From Candidatus Saccharibacteria bacterium UBA3749 (lineage in GTDB: Bacteria > Patescibacteriota > Saccharimonadia > Saccharimonadales > Saccharimonadaceae), in NCBI GenBank assembly GCA_002371235.1, contig DFGN01000002.1:4774-68773 (forward strand): 64,000 nucleotides of DNA, read 5' to 3'. Under the pieces are notes generated by a model. That model was not told the DNA's origin, did not search any database, and saw only the letters and a program-made list of their open reading frames with translations. Shown in pieces: positions 19,501-29,037 of this stretch (position 1 is its first letter; the number at the start of each line of letters is the position of its first letter). A program made the translations under genes and the position numbers.

Positions 19501-19939
19501 TTTCAGCATTAAAGAAAACACCAGCTGAACGAATTAGTTGAGAAACAATTACACGTTCAGTTCCGTTGATAATAAATGTAGCCCTATCAGTCATCCAAGG
19601 GTAATCACCAAAATAAATATCCTGTTCCTTCTTTTGTCCAGTAATCTTGTTCTCAAGCTCAACTAAGACATGAAGCGGCGCTTCATAAGTAGCGAGATTA
19701 TATTTTGCCTCTCGTTCAGATTCCTTCGGATCTTTAAAATAATAATCTTTAAAACGGAGTGATAGCTTTTGCCCGGTATAATCATCTATTGGATTTAACT
19801 CCTCAAAGACTTCCCTAAGTCCGTTCTTGACAAAGTCTGCCCACGATTCCTTTTGGTGTGCAGTCAAATCTGGGATTGGCAACGCCTGATCCCCGCCAGT
19901 GAAGAATACTCTCTCACCTGACTTTGGTTTTTTCGCCAT
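16559..19939 (-). CDS. rpoB: RNA polymerase beta subunit
   Basis: HKRRLSSMGPGGL, GDKLAGRHGNKGVV, GGQRFGEMEVWAL. Confidence 0.99.
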   Translation of the reverse strand: MAKKPKSGERVFFTGGDQALPIPDLTAHQKESWADFVKNGLREVFEELNPIDDYTGQKLSLRFKDYYFKDPKESEREAKYNLATYEAPLHVLVELENKITGQKKEQDIYFGDYPWMTDRATFIINGTERVIVSQLIRSAGVFFNAETVGLKRYYGAKVIPGRGAWLEFETAVNGAIFVKIDRRRKIPVTTFLRALGMTKSQIIDTFKDIDNGEVKYIEATFEKDTTSNQGEALLEVYRKLRPGDLATVENARSMIERTFFDRKRYDYSSVGRFKINRRLHFDTPDEPEFRTLQMNDVKAIIAEIIRLNNTQEAPDDIDSLSNRRVKLVGELVQRQFRLGMLRLQRNIFDRMSMANPDDVTPSQLLNSRPVVAAVKEFFATSQLSQLMDEVNPFSELAHKRRLSSMGPGGLTRERAGFDVRDAHPTHYGRICTVETPEGGNVGLVLNFATYARINKYGFIEAPYRVVKDGKATDEIVYMDADTENDKIIADASVKLDKDGRFVEDWVSARVHGTPAQVEAKRVTHIDAAHKEILGTSASLIPFVEKNRVDRSLMACAMQKQAVPLLRQDNPIVGTGIEREVAKNTSQLIMATGNGVVKKADSESVIVTYDKGGDVEYKLQHFEKTNDDRCYNQRCVVARGQKVKKDDSLIEGASINDGELALGRDLLVAFMPWRGYNMDDAIVISNRLVEDDTLTSINIKDFDVEVRETKLGPEQVTRDIPNVSEHSLRHLGEDGIVTIGSEVKNGDILVGKITPKGEQELSSEERLLRAIFGEKAKDVRDTSVRMNGSSTGKVVDVRVYTREQGHDLKAGVIMQIKIFVAEMRKIGVGDKLAGRHGNKGVVSRVLPVEDMPFMADGTPIDVILSPMGVPSRMNLGQLFETHLGMAARALGYKVATPSFNGVPDEIISDELEKAGFARDGRVQLYDGLTGEPFNERTSVGVMHMLKLHHMVEDKIHARSTGPYTMVTQQPLGGKAQNGGQRFGEMEVWALEAYGAATTLQEMLTIKSDDVYGRAKAYEAIIKHEPIEGPKLPEGFNVLVKELQGLGLKVDLLDHGEASDAGDVIEKTSKEIEKSKDDESIYDQHKKDTEPQILDLDDAEAEAMMADEGIEIKEVDESDGTVDLGEEF

Positions 19940-20113
19940 TTTACCTCTTCTATTAGTGTTATTAGTATCTTAAAGACAACAAATCCAACAAAACAAACTC
20001 CCATTTCGTTAGATTCTATTGTCCCAGCGCCGAAGATTACTGTCTTGTTTCCCCCTAAAGAGTCGCTAGCTCCATAAAGTTACAAAAACAAAACACACTA
20101 CTTCTTGAAAAGA

Positions 20114-20142
20114 ATTATATTATATTTTAATTCAAAAATCAA
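20114..20142 (-). promoter_or_regulatory. rpoB promoter TTGATT-17-TATAAT
   Basis: -35 at 20142-20137, -10 at 20119-20114. Confidence 0.7.
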
Positions 20143-20154
20143 GCCAAAAGTCCC

Positions 20155-20182
20155 TTGATTTTTTTATTAACTTGTGTATAAT
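20155..20182 (+). promoter_or_regulatory. divergent promoter TTGATT-16-(TGTG)TATAAT
   Basis: -35 at 20155-20160, -10 at 20177-20182. Confidence 0.65.
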
Positions 20183-20187
20183 TAAAC

Positions 20188-20280
20188 ATAAGCTAACTAA
20201 CTGCGAGTTCGCTTAAAACATAAAGAATCAAGTTGAGAGCTTATCTATGTCAAAAAATCCTCACCGTTGAGGGATTTTTT
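20188..20280 (+). ncRNA. candidate ~90-nt small RNA with its own promoter and terminator
   Basis: no ORF; taagc-t-aact/agtt-c-gctta hairpin; ends in aaaaaatcctca-ccgt-tgagggatttttt terminator. Confidence 0.5.
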
Positions 20281-20348
20281 GTTTTAATCATAATAACGTA
20301 TCTCAGAGCTAAAAAAAATCTAAACATGACATATAACCATGTACAAAC

Positions 20349-20381
20349 AAAAAATCGCGGCAACTAAAGTCGCGATTTTTT
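20349..20381 (-). terminator. terminator after KH-domain gene
   Basis: aaaaaatcgcggc...gtcgcgatttttt. Confidence 0.75.
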
Positions 20382-20395
20382 GAAATAAAGAGCTC

Positions 20396-20863
20396 TTAAA
20401 TATCCAAGTCATCTAAATCGGCAAGCTCAGCACGAGTTTTCTCAGCCAACTCCGACGTCTCTTCCTCATCTTCGGTGTTGTCATCTTCTTCTATGTCGTC
20501 TTCTTCAGAAACCGAACTTTCTTCTATTGCGGCAGAAGACGCATCAGACACGGCTTCAGACTTAGCTTCGTGAGCATATTCATGTTTTTCTTCACCTTCA
20601 TATTCATCAGTATTGACAATCTTCAAGTTATAACGAGCATCCTGCTTTGTACCAAGCGCGCGTAGTAAAACCCTAATTGCCTGGGCTGTTACACCACGCT
20701 TACCAATTACTCTACCCACGTCTGATGGATCAACTGTAAGCGACAGAAGCACACCCTTTTCATCAATTTTGCGCTCTACTGCTACCTTGTCAGGATTGTT
20801 GACTAGTGTTTTTACGATATATTCTACGAATTGTTGGTCGATAGTAGCCATGTTTTTCTCCAT
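20396..20863 (-). CDS. khpA: KH-domain RNA-binding protein (KhpA/YlqC family) with acidic tail
   Basis: DVGRVIGKRG GxxG loop; follows rpsP as in many bacteria. Confidence 0.85.
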   Translation of the reverse strand: MEKNMATIDQQFVEYIVKTLVNNPDKVAVERKIDEKGVLLSLTVDPSDVGRVIGKRGVTAQAIRVLLRALGTKQDARYNLKIVNTDEYEGEEKHEYAHEAKSEAVSDASSAAIEESSVSEEDDIEEDDNTEDEEETSELAEKTRAELADLDDLDI

Positions 20864-20941
20864 TTATATTAATTGTTATGCAAATTATAGCACAAAAACA
20901 ATATTTTAGAAATAAAATCTTCTAACACTCAAATATTATAA

Positions 20942-21337
20942 TTACTCAGTAGTTTCAGCTGCAGTCTCGGCAGCAGCTTCATTTGCTACATCAGCTTCAG
21001 CGACCTCAGCAGGCGCTTCTTCCTTTGGCTGATTTTTGCGCAACTTGTCAGCATGTTTTGCGGCATTTTTCTTAACAGGGCTTTCCTTATACCACTTCGG
21101 CAGTTTAATGCCGTTCTTTTTTAGAATCAAAGCCACTCTAGAAGAAGGCTGCGCACCATTAGACAAAAATTTCTCAATTAGTGCTTTGTCCATGGTCAAA
21201 GCTTTAGTTGTTGGGTTGTAGTTACCGACCAAAGCAACCACACGTCCCGAAAGCGGATGACGCTGTGATTCTTGGACGATTATCCGGTACGTTGGATAGT
21301 GTGACCGGCCATTACGTTGCATGCGAATCGCTAGCAT
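20942..21337 (-). CDS. rpsP: 30S ribosomal protein S16
   Basis: MLAIRMQRNGR, YRIIVQES, VGNYNP, GAQPS. Confidence 0.96.
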   Translation of the reverse strand: MLAIRMQRNGRSHYPTYRIIVQESQRHPLSGRVVALVGNYNPTTKALTMDKALIEKFLSNGAQPSSRVALILKKNGIKLPKWYKESPVKKNAAKHADKLRKNQPKEEAPAEVAEADVANEAAAETAAETTE

Positions 21338-21451
21338 TGTTCTCCTTTATTAATTTATTCTATACATTATATCATATTTTTAAAAAAACGAAAGTAAATC
21401 ACAACCGCAAGTATCAATTTTGAAAAAATCTACGTAAAGCTCCATAAAACA

Positions 21452-22171
21452 CTAGGCTTTCTTTTTTACATTCTTTTCTAGCATACGATAAACTTTGACA
21501 CCTTCCCTCGCTGCCGCTGTTTGTGCCTCTTGCTTAGAATGACCAGTACCGGTACCTTTCAAATTATTACCAACATATATACCAACCGTGAACGTTTTAT
21601 CATGATCTGGGCCATCTTCTTTTAGAGTTCGATAAACCGGTGTTAAACCATCAATCTTCTGTGCAAGTTCTTGTACGTATGATTTTGGATCCCGCCATAA
21701 TCCTTCCTCTAATATTATATCAATTTTGACAAGTATATGTTTGTAGATAAACTCTTTTGCTGTCTCATAACCATGATCCAAATAAATTGCGCCAATCACG
21801 GCCTCAAAACAATCAGCCAGAATTACATCGTGCGCTCGTTCCGATCCATGTTTCTCACCCTTCGACAATCTCACTAACGGTTCGTAACCTAATTCCTTAC
21901 CGGCATCACCAATTGACTCAGTACGAACTAAAGCCGCCCTAAGAGCCGTCATTGTTCCTTCCGGATAATCGTAATTGCGATACAAGAAATCAGATGATAC
22001 TAGTTCAAGTACGGCATCACCCAAAAACTCTAATCTCTCGTTGTGTTCATGCGCCGACTTATGTTCATTTACATAGCTCCGGTGCGTAAGCGCAACCACT
22101 AATAAATTAATATCATTAAACTCAAATCCAAGTTTTTCTTTTGCAAATTCTTGGTATTGTGATACATCCAT
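21452..22171 (-). CDS. rnc: ribonuclease III
   Basis: ALTHRSY, NERLEFLGDAVL, EAVIGAIYLD, dsRBD. Confidence 0.98.
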   Translation of the reverse strand: MDVSQYQEFAKEKLGFEFNDINLLVVALTHRSYVNEHKSAHEHNERLEFLGDAVLELVSSDFLYRNYDYPEGTMTALRAALVRTESIGDAGKELGYEPLVRLSKGEKHGSERAHDVILADCFEAVIGAIYLDHGYETAKEFIYKHILVKIDIILEEGLWRDPKSYVQELAQKIDGLTPVYRTLKEDGPDHDKTFTVGIYVGNNLKGTGTGHSKQEAQTAAAREGVKVYRMLEKNVKKKA

Positions 22172-22207
22172 AGTCCTCCTTTATACTACGAGTTGTTTAA
22201 TAATTTG

Positions 22208-22786
22208 TTAATAATCTCCTGCTCGAATCTTTTTCTTTGCAATTAACATTAATTTTTCAATATCATCATATTCAATCGCCTCCAACGCATCCGTAAAAGA
22301 AAACCAGCGTATCCCCTTCATCCACTTTTCTGGCGTTGGCATTTCGTGACTATCAAGCGCCTGGACTAAATAAACCTGTGTTGTCATTAGCACTAGTTTA
22401 TCCAATCTACGATATTTAAAATGAATTTTGCCAAGCCAGGTTAGAATCGAAATATCAGAAAGTCCGGTCTCTTCCTCAATCTCTCGTCGCGCGGTCATCT
22501 TAGCGGTTTCTCCAGGCTCAATATGTCCCTTCGGGATAGTCCAACGCTCCCTCGAATCCTGAATAAGAAGAATCTCTATGTCTTTCCTGTCTTTTGTAAA
22601 ACGAAAAACGATCCCACCGGAAGTTGGCTCACGCACAATTGATTGAATCGCAGCCTTTTTTCTAAAGACAGCTGATTTAATTTTTTCTAAAGGAGATTCC
22701 TTAATTCTTTCCTCTGGCAAAGCCTCAGGGATTTTAAGCTTTCTCCTCGCCGTCGGCTCCACCGACGGATTTACCTTTTGCTCCAT
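22208..22786 (-). CDS. NUDIX hydrolase
   Basis: Nudix box [24 protein letters not shown]. Confidence 0.9.
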   Translation of the reverse strand: MEQKVNPSVEPTARRKLKIPEALPEERIKESPLEKIKSAVFRKKAAIQSIVREPTSGGIVFRFTKDRKDIEILLIQDSRERWTIPKGHIEPGETAKMTARREIEEETGLSDISILTWLGKIHFKYRRLDKLVLMTTQVYLVQALDSHEMPTPEKWMKGIRWFSFTDALEAIEYDDIEKLMLIAKKKIRAGDY

Positions 22787-23228
22787 TTTTTACATCTTTT
22801 AAGCCAAGCTTCTTGTAAACAGTTCCAAGCACTCCATTCACGAATTTCGAAGAATTTTCACTACCAAAAGCTTTGGCAAGCTCCACAGCTTCGTTTATTG
22901 CAACTTTCGGCGGAATAGTATTTCGACACTCCGAAAGCTCATATAGCCCCATCCTCAGGATATTACGATCAATTGCTGCGATCGAATCAATTGGCCATTC
23001 TGGCGCTATCGGCTGCAAGGCTTTGTCCAAAGTTTCGAAATTATTAGCAACATTACGAGCTAAATTATACACAAACTCCGTATCGCCCAAAGCCTTTTCG
23101 TATGGCACAATGTTCTTAGCAACGACAATATCCAAATCGACGTCCGGGTCATTAGCAAGAGTTCTTAGTTCATACTCGTATAAACTTTGTAATACAATTA
23201 CTCTACCTAAATGTCGATTACTTGCCAT
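22734..23228 (-). CDS. nusB: transcription antitermination factor NusB
   Basis: [37 protein letters not shown]. Confidence 0.96.
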   Translation of the reverse strand: MASNRHLGRVIVLQSLYEYELRTLANDPDVDLDIVVAKNIVPYEKALGDTEFVYNLARNVANNFETLDKALQPIAPEWPIDSIAAIDRNILRMGLYELSECRNTIPPKVAINEAVELAKAFGSENSSKFVNGVLGTVYKKLGLKDVKNGAKGKSVGGADGEEKA

Positions 23229-23232
23229 ATTG

Positions 23233-23406
23233 TTAAGCTTCTTTCCTTTTCTTAATAGTTTTAACTTTTAAATTAGGGGTCTTCTTCTTAGTCTCAAAAG
23301 CTTTAACCGGAGAAGTCTTGTTCACCCTCCGAGCCAATGTCAATCTAAGATGACTCCTGCGTAGGCCAGTTTTACGTGGACTACTTTGTTTTTTAGGTTC
23401 AGGCAT
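23233..23406 (-). CDS. rpmF: 50S ribosomal protein L32, Zn-free form (absent from the ORF track)
   Basis: manual translation [37 protein letters not shown]...; SD AAGGAG. Confidence 0.88.
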   Translation of the reverse strand: MPEPKKQSSPRKTGLRRSHLRLTLARRVNKTSPVKAFETKKKTPNLKVKTIKKRKEA

Positions 23407-23447
23407 TTTGCTCCTTAATTTAATAGATAATTTTAATTATTTTATCA

Positions 23448-23654
23448 CTATTTTTCTGAATTCGCAAGAGCTCTCTTAATTGCAGGACGGTCAAATCCAA
23501 CTATTCTCTCGCCATTTATCACAGTTACGGGCACAGTAGCAATATTTGGTTCTTTAGTGGCATCTTTTTCAACATACTCTATTCCCTCAGAATCCAACCA
23601 GTCCATCAGAGCATGACAATATGCACAAGTTGGTGTTGTATATATTTCTATCAT
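23448..23654 (-). CDS. glutaredoxin/NrdH-like redoxin
   Basis: CAYC CxxC motif, TVPV, IVGFD. Confidence 0.88.
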   Translation of the reverse strand: MIEIYTTPTCAYCHALMDWLDSEGIEYVEKDATKEPNIATVPVTVINGERIVGFDRPAIKRALANSEK

Positions 23655-24157
23655 GCTTCCATTATAGCATAAACCGCAATACCGGCAGCAACCGAAACAT
23701 TAAACGATTCCTTTTTCCCCTTCATTGGTATTTCAAGGAATATGTCAATTAAATCATATAGTGATTTATCTATGCCGTTCACTTCTTCACCAAGGATTAA
23801 AACCACATTGTTAGATAATCTATTTCTATAGTTAGATGTACCTAAATAAACCAGTTTATTTGAATTGATATTGTTTTCAAGTCCGACTACCTGCCAACCA
23901 TGCTTTTTGTAGTTTTTTAAATCTGTTTTTAAGTCAGTGGAAGAAATTATTTTTAGCATGTCCTCTGCACCAAGCGCTGTTTTATGTATTTCACGGTCGA
24001 GCTTATTCCTAAGATGTGGCAATAACGTAATGTCATGCACTCTTGGTGTATACCCAGACAAAACTACTTCATTCACGCCAAAACCCTCCGCAGTTCTTAA
24101 AATTGCACCTACGTTATAGCAAGACCTAATGTTATCAAGTACCAAAACCAATTTCAT
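23651..24157 (-). CDS. SpoU/TrmH-family RNA methyltransferase
   Basis: LDNIRSCYNVGAILRTA, GEEVNGI, EIPMKGKKESFNVSVA. Confidence 0.9.
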   Translation of the reverse strand: MKLVLVLDNIRSCYNVGAILRTAEGFGVNEVVLSGYTPRVHDITLLPHLRNKLDREIHKTALGAEDMLKIISSTDLKTDLKNYKKHGWQVVGLENNINSNKLVYLGTSNYRNRLSNNVVLILGEEVNGIDKSLYDLIDIFLEIPMKGKKESFNVSVAAGIAVYAIMEA

Positions 24158-26463
24158 TAAACTACTATATTAACCAAGTTTGCCTTTTTTACAAAGATAG
24201 TTTTCTTAATGCCGTCTTTTATATATTCGGCAACCTTATCATTCGTTTTCACAATCTCAATTACAGTCGCTTCATCATTAAGCTTTTGCTTATCTATAGT
24301 AATTCTCGCTCGAAGCTTTCCATTCACCTGCACGACCAATTCAACCGTATCTGTCGCTAAATACTTATCGTCCCATTTCGGCCACTCATCGTCAGAATCA
24401 AGTTTCTCCAACATTTCTGAAGCAAGATGTGGAGCAAATGGCTTTAGCAGCTTAGCTAACGCAGTCAAATCGTCAGATGTTACACCTTCTTTATATAGCT
24501 CATTTACATATTCCATCAAAGCTGCAACCGCAGTATTAAAATTGCATTTATGAATATCTTCCGTAACCTTCTTTATGGTTTTGTTTCGCACGATAGCATT
24601 TTTATCGGAATCACCATCATTCAGCACAAACATATCATCATCAAAACATAGATTATAACAACGATTCAAGAATCGATAAACACCACCCACCGAACGAGTA
24701 TCCCAAGCTGCATCCATATCGTATGGTCCAATAAACATTTCGTAAACGCGCAAAGTATCAGCACCGTACCCATCATTAATTACATCTAGCGGATCAATCA
24801 CGTTGCCTTTAGACTTAGACATTTTTTTGCCATCAGGAGCATTAATGTAACCATTGTATAATAGCTTTTTGATTGGTTCTCGAAAAGGCAAATACCCCTC
24901 ATCCGCAAAGAACTTACACCAGAACCTCACATAGAGTAAATGTGCCACTGCATGATCTCCACCACAATAATAATCAACAGGTTCCCAATAACTAATTGCC
25001 TCAGGGTTCCAAGCATGTTCTGTGTCATGCGGCGAAGCATAACGCCATAAATACCAAGAAGAACAAGCATAACCATCAAGTGTATCAGTTTCCCTTGTCA
25101 TTTCTTCCATATGTATCTCACCCGTCTTTGAGTCTTTCACCGGAATCGACACCTTTAACCAATCCTTAGCCTTCGCGAGTGCCGAACGTCCAGTTTTATC
25201 AGGCTTATAATCTTCAATTTCCGGCAACATAACTGGAAGTTGTTCCTCCGGAATAGCATGTGGATTACCATCCTTATCATAAGCAATCGGAATCGGACAA
25301 CCCCAGTATCTCTGACGGCTAATCAACCAATCTCGCATTCGATAGGTCGTCTTCGGTGTACCATATAAATCACGGTCCACTATTTCCGTTTCTACAATCG
25401 GCAAATTAAACTTCTCTGCAAACTCACGATCCCGCTCATCATTATACGGTACGGCCATGATAGCGCCAGTTCCATAACCAGCTAGCACATAATCCGCAAC
25501 CCAAATCGGTATTTCCTCTTTAGTAGCCGGGTTGATTGCATACGCACCAGTAAATACGCCAGTCTTTTCCTTATTCTCCTGTCGCTCTATTTCAGATTTC
25601 TTCAAAGCATCAGCACGATACTTCATTACGGCTTCTTTTGCATTATCCGAAACAATGTAGTCTAGTTTTGAATATTCCGGTGCAACCACTAAAAACGTCG
25701 CACCTTTAATTGTATCTGGCCGAGTGGTAAATACCGTAATACTGTGCGCACTATCTTTCACCTTAAAATCAATCTCTGCCCCCACACTTCGTCCAATCCA
25801 GTTCCTTTGCATTGTTTTAATCTTTTCTGGCCAATCTAATGCATCAATATCCTCAAGTAGTTCATCCGCATATTCTGTAATCTTGAAGAACCATTGTTTC
25901 ATTTTCTTCTTCTCAACTTCATGTCCGCATCGCCAACAATGGCCATTTTCAACCTGTTCGTTTGCAAGCACCGTCTGATCAACCGGACACCACCATTGAT
26001 ACGACTCCTTCTGATAAGCCAGACCCTTTCTAAATAGCTGCAAGAAGCACCACTGTGTCCACTTATAGTATTCAGGGTCCGAGGTATTGATCTCACGATC
26101 CCAGTCTATAGCGTAACCAAGTCGTTTTGCTTGTTTTCTGAAATTAGCAATATTAATCTTTGTCACTTCTTGTGGGGCAGTACCGGTCTTTATAGCGTAA
26201 TTCTCCGCCGGTAAACCAAACGTATCGTAACCGAACGGTCGCATAACATTAAGCCTTTGTTGCTCATAGAATCTCGTTAATACGTCAACAATTGTAAAAT
26301 TCCTTACATGCCCGACATGAAGTCCAGCTCCAGACGGATACGGGAACATCTCAGCTAAAAACATCTTTGGAACACTAGGCCGTATTTCAACTTTGTACGG
26401 CTTATTCTTTTCCCACTTTTGTTGCCATTTTTCTTCTATCTCTAAAGGATTATATCTTTTCAT
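24157..26463 (-). CDS. leuS: leucine--tRNA ligase
   Basis: FPYPSG..LHVGH, KMSKS, WLISRQRYWG; start moved to 26463. Confidence 0.97.
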   Translation of the reverse strand: MKRYNPLEIEEKWQQKWEKNKPYKVEIRPSVPKMFLAEMFPYPSGAGLHVGHVRNFTIVDVLTRFYEQQRLNVMRPFGYDTFGLPAENYAIKTGTAPQEVTKINIANFRKQAKRLGYAIDWDREINTSDPEYYKWTQWCFLQLFRKGLAYQKESYQWWCPVDQTVLANEQVENGHCWRCGHEVEKKKMKQWFFKITEYADELLEDIDALDWPEKIKTMQRNWIGRSVGAEIDFKVKDSAHSITVFTTRPDTIKGATFLVVAPEYSKLDYIVSDNAKEAVMKYRADALKKSEIERQENKEKTGVFTGAYAINPATKEEIPIWVADYVLAGYGTGAIMAVPYNDERDREFAEKFNLPIVETEIVDRDLYGTPKTTYRMRDWLISRQRYWGCPIPIAYDKDGNPHAIPEEQLPVMLPEIEDYKPDKTGRSALAKAKDWLKVSIPVKDSKTGEIHMEEMTRETDTLDGYACSSWYLWRYASPHDTEHAWNPEAISYWEPVDYYCGGDHAVAHLLYVRFWCKFFADEGYLPFREPIKKLLYNGYINAPDGKKMSKSKGNVIDPLDVINDGYGADTLRVYEMFIGPYDMDAAWDTRSVGGVYRFLNRCYNLCFDDDMFVLNDGDSDKNAIVRNKTIKKVTEDIHKCNFNTAVAALMEYVNELYKEGVTSDDLTALAKLLKPFAPHLASEMLEKLDSDDEWPKWDDKYLATDTVELVVQVNGKLRARITIDKQKLNDEATVIEIVKTNDKVAEYIKDGIKKTIFVKKANLVNIVV

Positions 26464-26517
26464 GCAAAAATTATACCATAAAACCAAAATAAATTAAAAC
26501 AACAGTTTCCGTAAAAG

Positions 26518-27768
26518 TCAAGAAGACCGTGAAGATATCACCCGATTATATATATTTATAAACGCATCTAGAGTTTTTTCAAAATTATGCTCACGCGCAA
26601 TCTCTAGTGACGCCTCCCCGTACTTCTTCAAAATAGCTTTATCGTTCATAATCTTAAACATCGCATCACTCATTTCATTCACATCACCAGGCTTACATAA
26701 AATGCCATTTTCGCCATTACGACACACTTCGCTCACGGCGCCCTCATCTACAGCAATTAAAGGCAAGCCGGTTGCCGCGGCCTCAATCAGCACAATTCCC
26801 TGCGTTTCAATCTCAGAAGCCGTCACGAAAACATCGCCAATCCTATATATTTCATACAAATCCGGTGGCATCACTCGACCCAGGAATTTTACAGAATCAT
26901 TTAACTTATTTTTCATAACAATTTGTTCTAATCTTGACTTATCTACCCCATCACCAACTATAATTAATTCCGTTTTCGGAATTTTAATCAGCGCTTTCTT
27001 GAATGCTCGAATTACCAGCTCAACATTTTTCTCAGGATCAAGTCTCCCCACGTATAATAAATGCTCAGCATCCTTTGATATACCATATTTGTTATAAATC
27101 GAATCGTCCGCCCTACCCGGTTTAAAGTGCGTTAAATCTACACCATTCGAAACCGCAGCAACCGGCACTCCAATTGGGTGTTTCGAAAGCAAATGATGAA
27201 TTGCCTGTTCGGTCGGCATTGTTACAAAATCACTTTTACTCTGCCGGTCGCGAAAGTACATACTAAGCAGAGCATCGACGGGCTTTTTTATCATTCTTGG
27301 TAATTTCATCGAGCCAGTTAAGACTTCAGGTTGATTATGTTCAGTTGTCACAATCGGGATACCTTTCTTCCTAGCATAAGAAACTACCGACAACCCAATC
27401 GGATCAGATACTTGCACATGTACTACGTCAGGTTTAAACTCATCTAAGGCTTTCTTAACTTCAAGCAAAGGAAAAATAGAAACTCTGAATCCGTGTTTAT
27501 ATAAAAGCCTTGGGGTTTTTAGTCCTAAAATTCTCTTTCTTTCAGGCAGGGGATGAATTTGATCGTGATAAATCTTGGCCTGCACTGAACGTAAATAAGT
27601 CGTTTTTACCCCATCAATCATCTCAGTATAATTCCTGCCAGTCTGCGACGGGCATATCACCATGACATCGTGTCCACGCCGAGATAACCCCATTGCAAGA
27701 TTATGCGAAAAAACCGCCACTCCATTAACTTGCGGATAATATACTGCTGTAGCAATTGCTATTCTCAT
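26518..27768 (-). CDS. GT4 glycosyltransferase, diacylglycerol glucosyltransferase-like
   Basis: YYPQVNGV, YVGRLDPEKN, ETQGIVLIEAAATGLP; start moved to 27768. Confidence 0.85.
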   Translation of the reverse strand: MRIAIATAVYYPQVNGVAVFSHNLAMGLSRRGHDVMVICPSQTGRNYTEMIDGVKTTYLRSVQAKIYHDQIHPLPERKRILGLKTPRLLYKHGFRVSIFPLLEVKKALDEFKPDVVHVQVSDPIGLSVVSYARKKGIPIVTTEHNQPEVLTGSMKLPRMIKKPVDALLSMYFRDRQSKSDFVTMPTEQAIHHLLSKHPIGVPVAAVSNGVDLTHFKPGRADDSIYNKYGISKDAEHLLYVGRLDPEKNVELVIRAFKKALIKIPKTELIIVGDGVDKSRLEQIVMKNKLNDSVKFLGRVMPPDLYEIYRIGDVFVTASEIETQGIVLIEAAATGLPLIAVDEGAVSEVCRNGENGILCKPGDVNEMSDAMFKIMNDKAILKKYGEASLEIAREHNFEKTLDAFINIYNRVISSRSS

Positions 27769-27811
27769 GTTTTTCTTCTCTGCATTATTATATAATATAA
27801 TGCATAGTTTA

Positions 27812-29008
27812 CTACAACTCCTTAGCTTTTTGTAGTTGCGGATCACGCATTGCATTAATATCTTCGTAAGAACGCTCTACTTCGTAATCAGGCTTTATTC
27901 CCTCAAGGTTGATAGAACGACCATTCGGAGTCAACCATTCTGCAGTCGTGACCTTTACGATCGACCCCTGCGACAAATCAAATAACTGTTGCACAACACC
28001 TTTACCATAAGTCGTTTCGCCTACAATTTTGGCTTTGTCATAATCCTGTAATGCGCCCGCCACAATCTCAGAAGCAGAAGCCGTAGAGCCATTCACAAGC
28101 ACAATTGTTTCCATATCCTTCAAAATCGCCTTTCCATTGCTGGCAAAAGTGTCAGTATCACCAAAATGCTTCGATTTTGTTTGAAGAATAACCTGACCAT
28201 CGAGCCATAAGCTCAATAAATCTTGTGCAGCCGAAACATACCCACCACCATTGCCGCGTAAATCTAAAATAACCTTCTTAATTCCTTTATTGCTAAAATC
28301 TTTCGCAAATTGTTGCACTTTAACACCGGTATCATTATCGAATCGCGTTACCGTTATGATCGCCGTCGACCCATCATAATCAACGTAGGCCGATACATTA
28401 TTAATTGCCTCACGCTTCATAGTAAATGATTTTTCTTGTCCATCACGCACAATGGTTACCGTTACTTCAGTACCAGTTTCACCACGCACACGCTTTGATA
28501 TCTCTTCTGTAGTCATCGCATAAACTTCTTCATCATTCACCTTATATATTATATCTCCCGCCAAAATGCCGGCCGCACGAGCCGGATTATCCGGTAAGGT
28601 TCTAAGCACCCTCACGTACCCATCACGAAGCCCCATCTCAACTCCAATACCACTACCAACCTTGCCATGTAAATCATTATAGAACTCTTCCGCATCATCT
28701 GCTCCCATGTACACAGTGTATTTATCTCCAACTGCGTCAACGAGGCCTTTTTTTGCTCCTTCAATCAATTCATCCTTTTTTATCTCGCCATTGTAGGAAT
28801 CAGTTAGTTTATAATATACTTCATCAAGCGCCGACCAATTCATATCAGAATTGTTTTGCTTCGAAAAACCTAAATACGGTGCAAACCCGCCGAATAAGCT
28901 ATCCCAATTCATTCCTATAACTAGACCAACAACCAGCATTATTGCCGACAGGACAATCGCACTACCTAGGTTAGTTTTCTTCTCGTTCCACATAACTTTT
29001 TCACTCAT
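27812..29008 (-). CDS. ctpA: S41 C-terminal processing peptidase with PDZ domain
   Basis: GIGVEM PDZ, LDLRGNGGG, TASASEIVAGALQD, TYGKGVVQ. Confidence 0.9.
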   Translation of the reverse strand: MSEKVMWNEKKTNLGSAIVLSAIMLVVGLVIGMNWDSLFGGFAPYLGFSKQNNSDMNWSALDEVYYKLTDSYNGEIKKDELIEGAKKGLVDAVGDKYTVYMGADDAEEFYNDLHGKVGSGIGVEMGLRDGYVRVLRTLPDNPARAAGILAGDIIYKVNDEEVYAMTTEEISKRVRGETGTEVTVTIVRDGQEKSFTMKREAINNVSAYVDYDGSTAIITVTRFDNDTGVKVQQFAKDFSNKGIKKVILDLRGNGGGYVSAAQDLLSLWLDGQVILQTKSKHFGDTDTFASNGKAILKDMETIVLVNGSTASASEIVAGALQDYDKAKIVGETTYGKGVVQQLFDLSQGSIVKVTTAEWLTPNGRSINLEGIKPDYEVERSYEDINAMRDPQLQKAKEL

Positions 29009-29037
29009 GGTTAATATTATACGACACCATCACAAAA

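Noticed and set aside
12724-19939. Inteins or introns in rpoB/rpoC
   Set aside because: ORFs are continuous, of ordinary or reduced length, with no splicing motifs.
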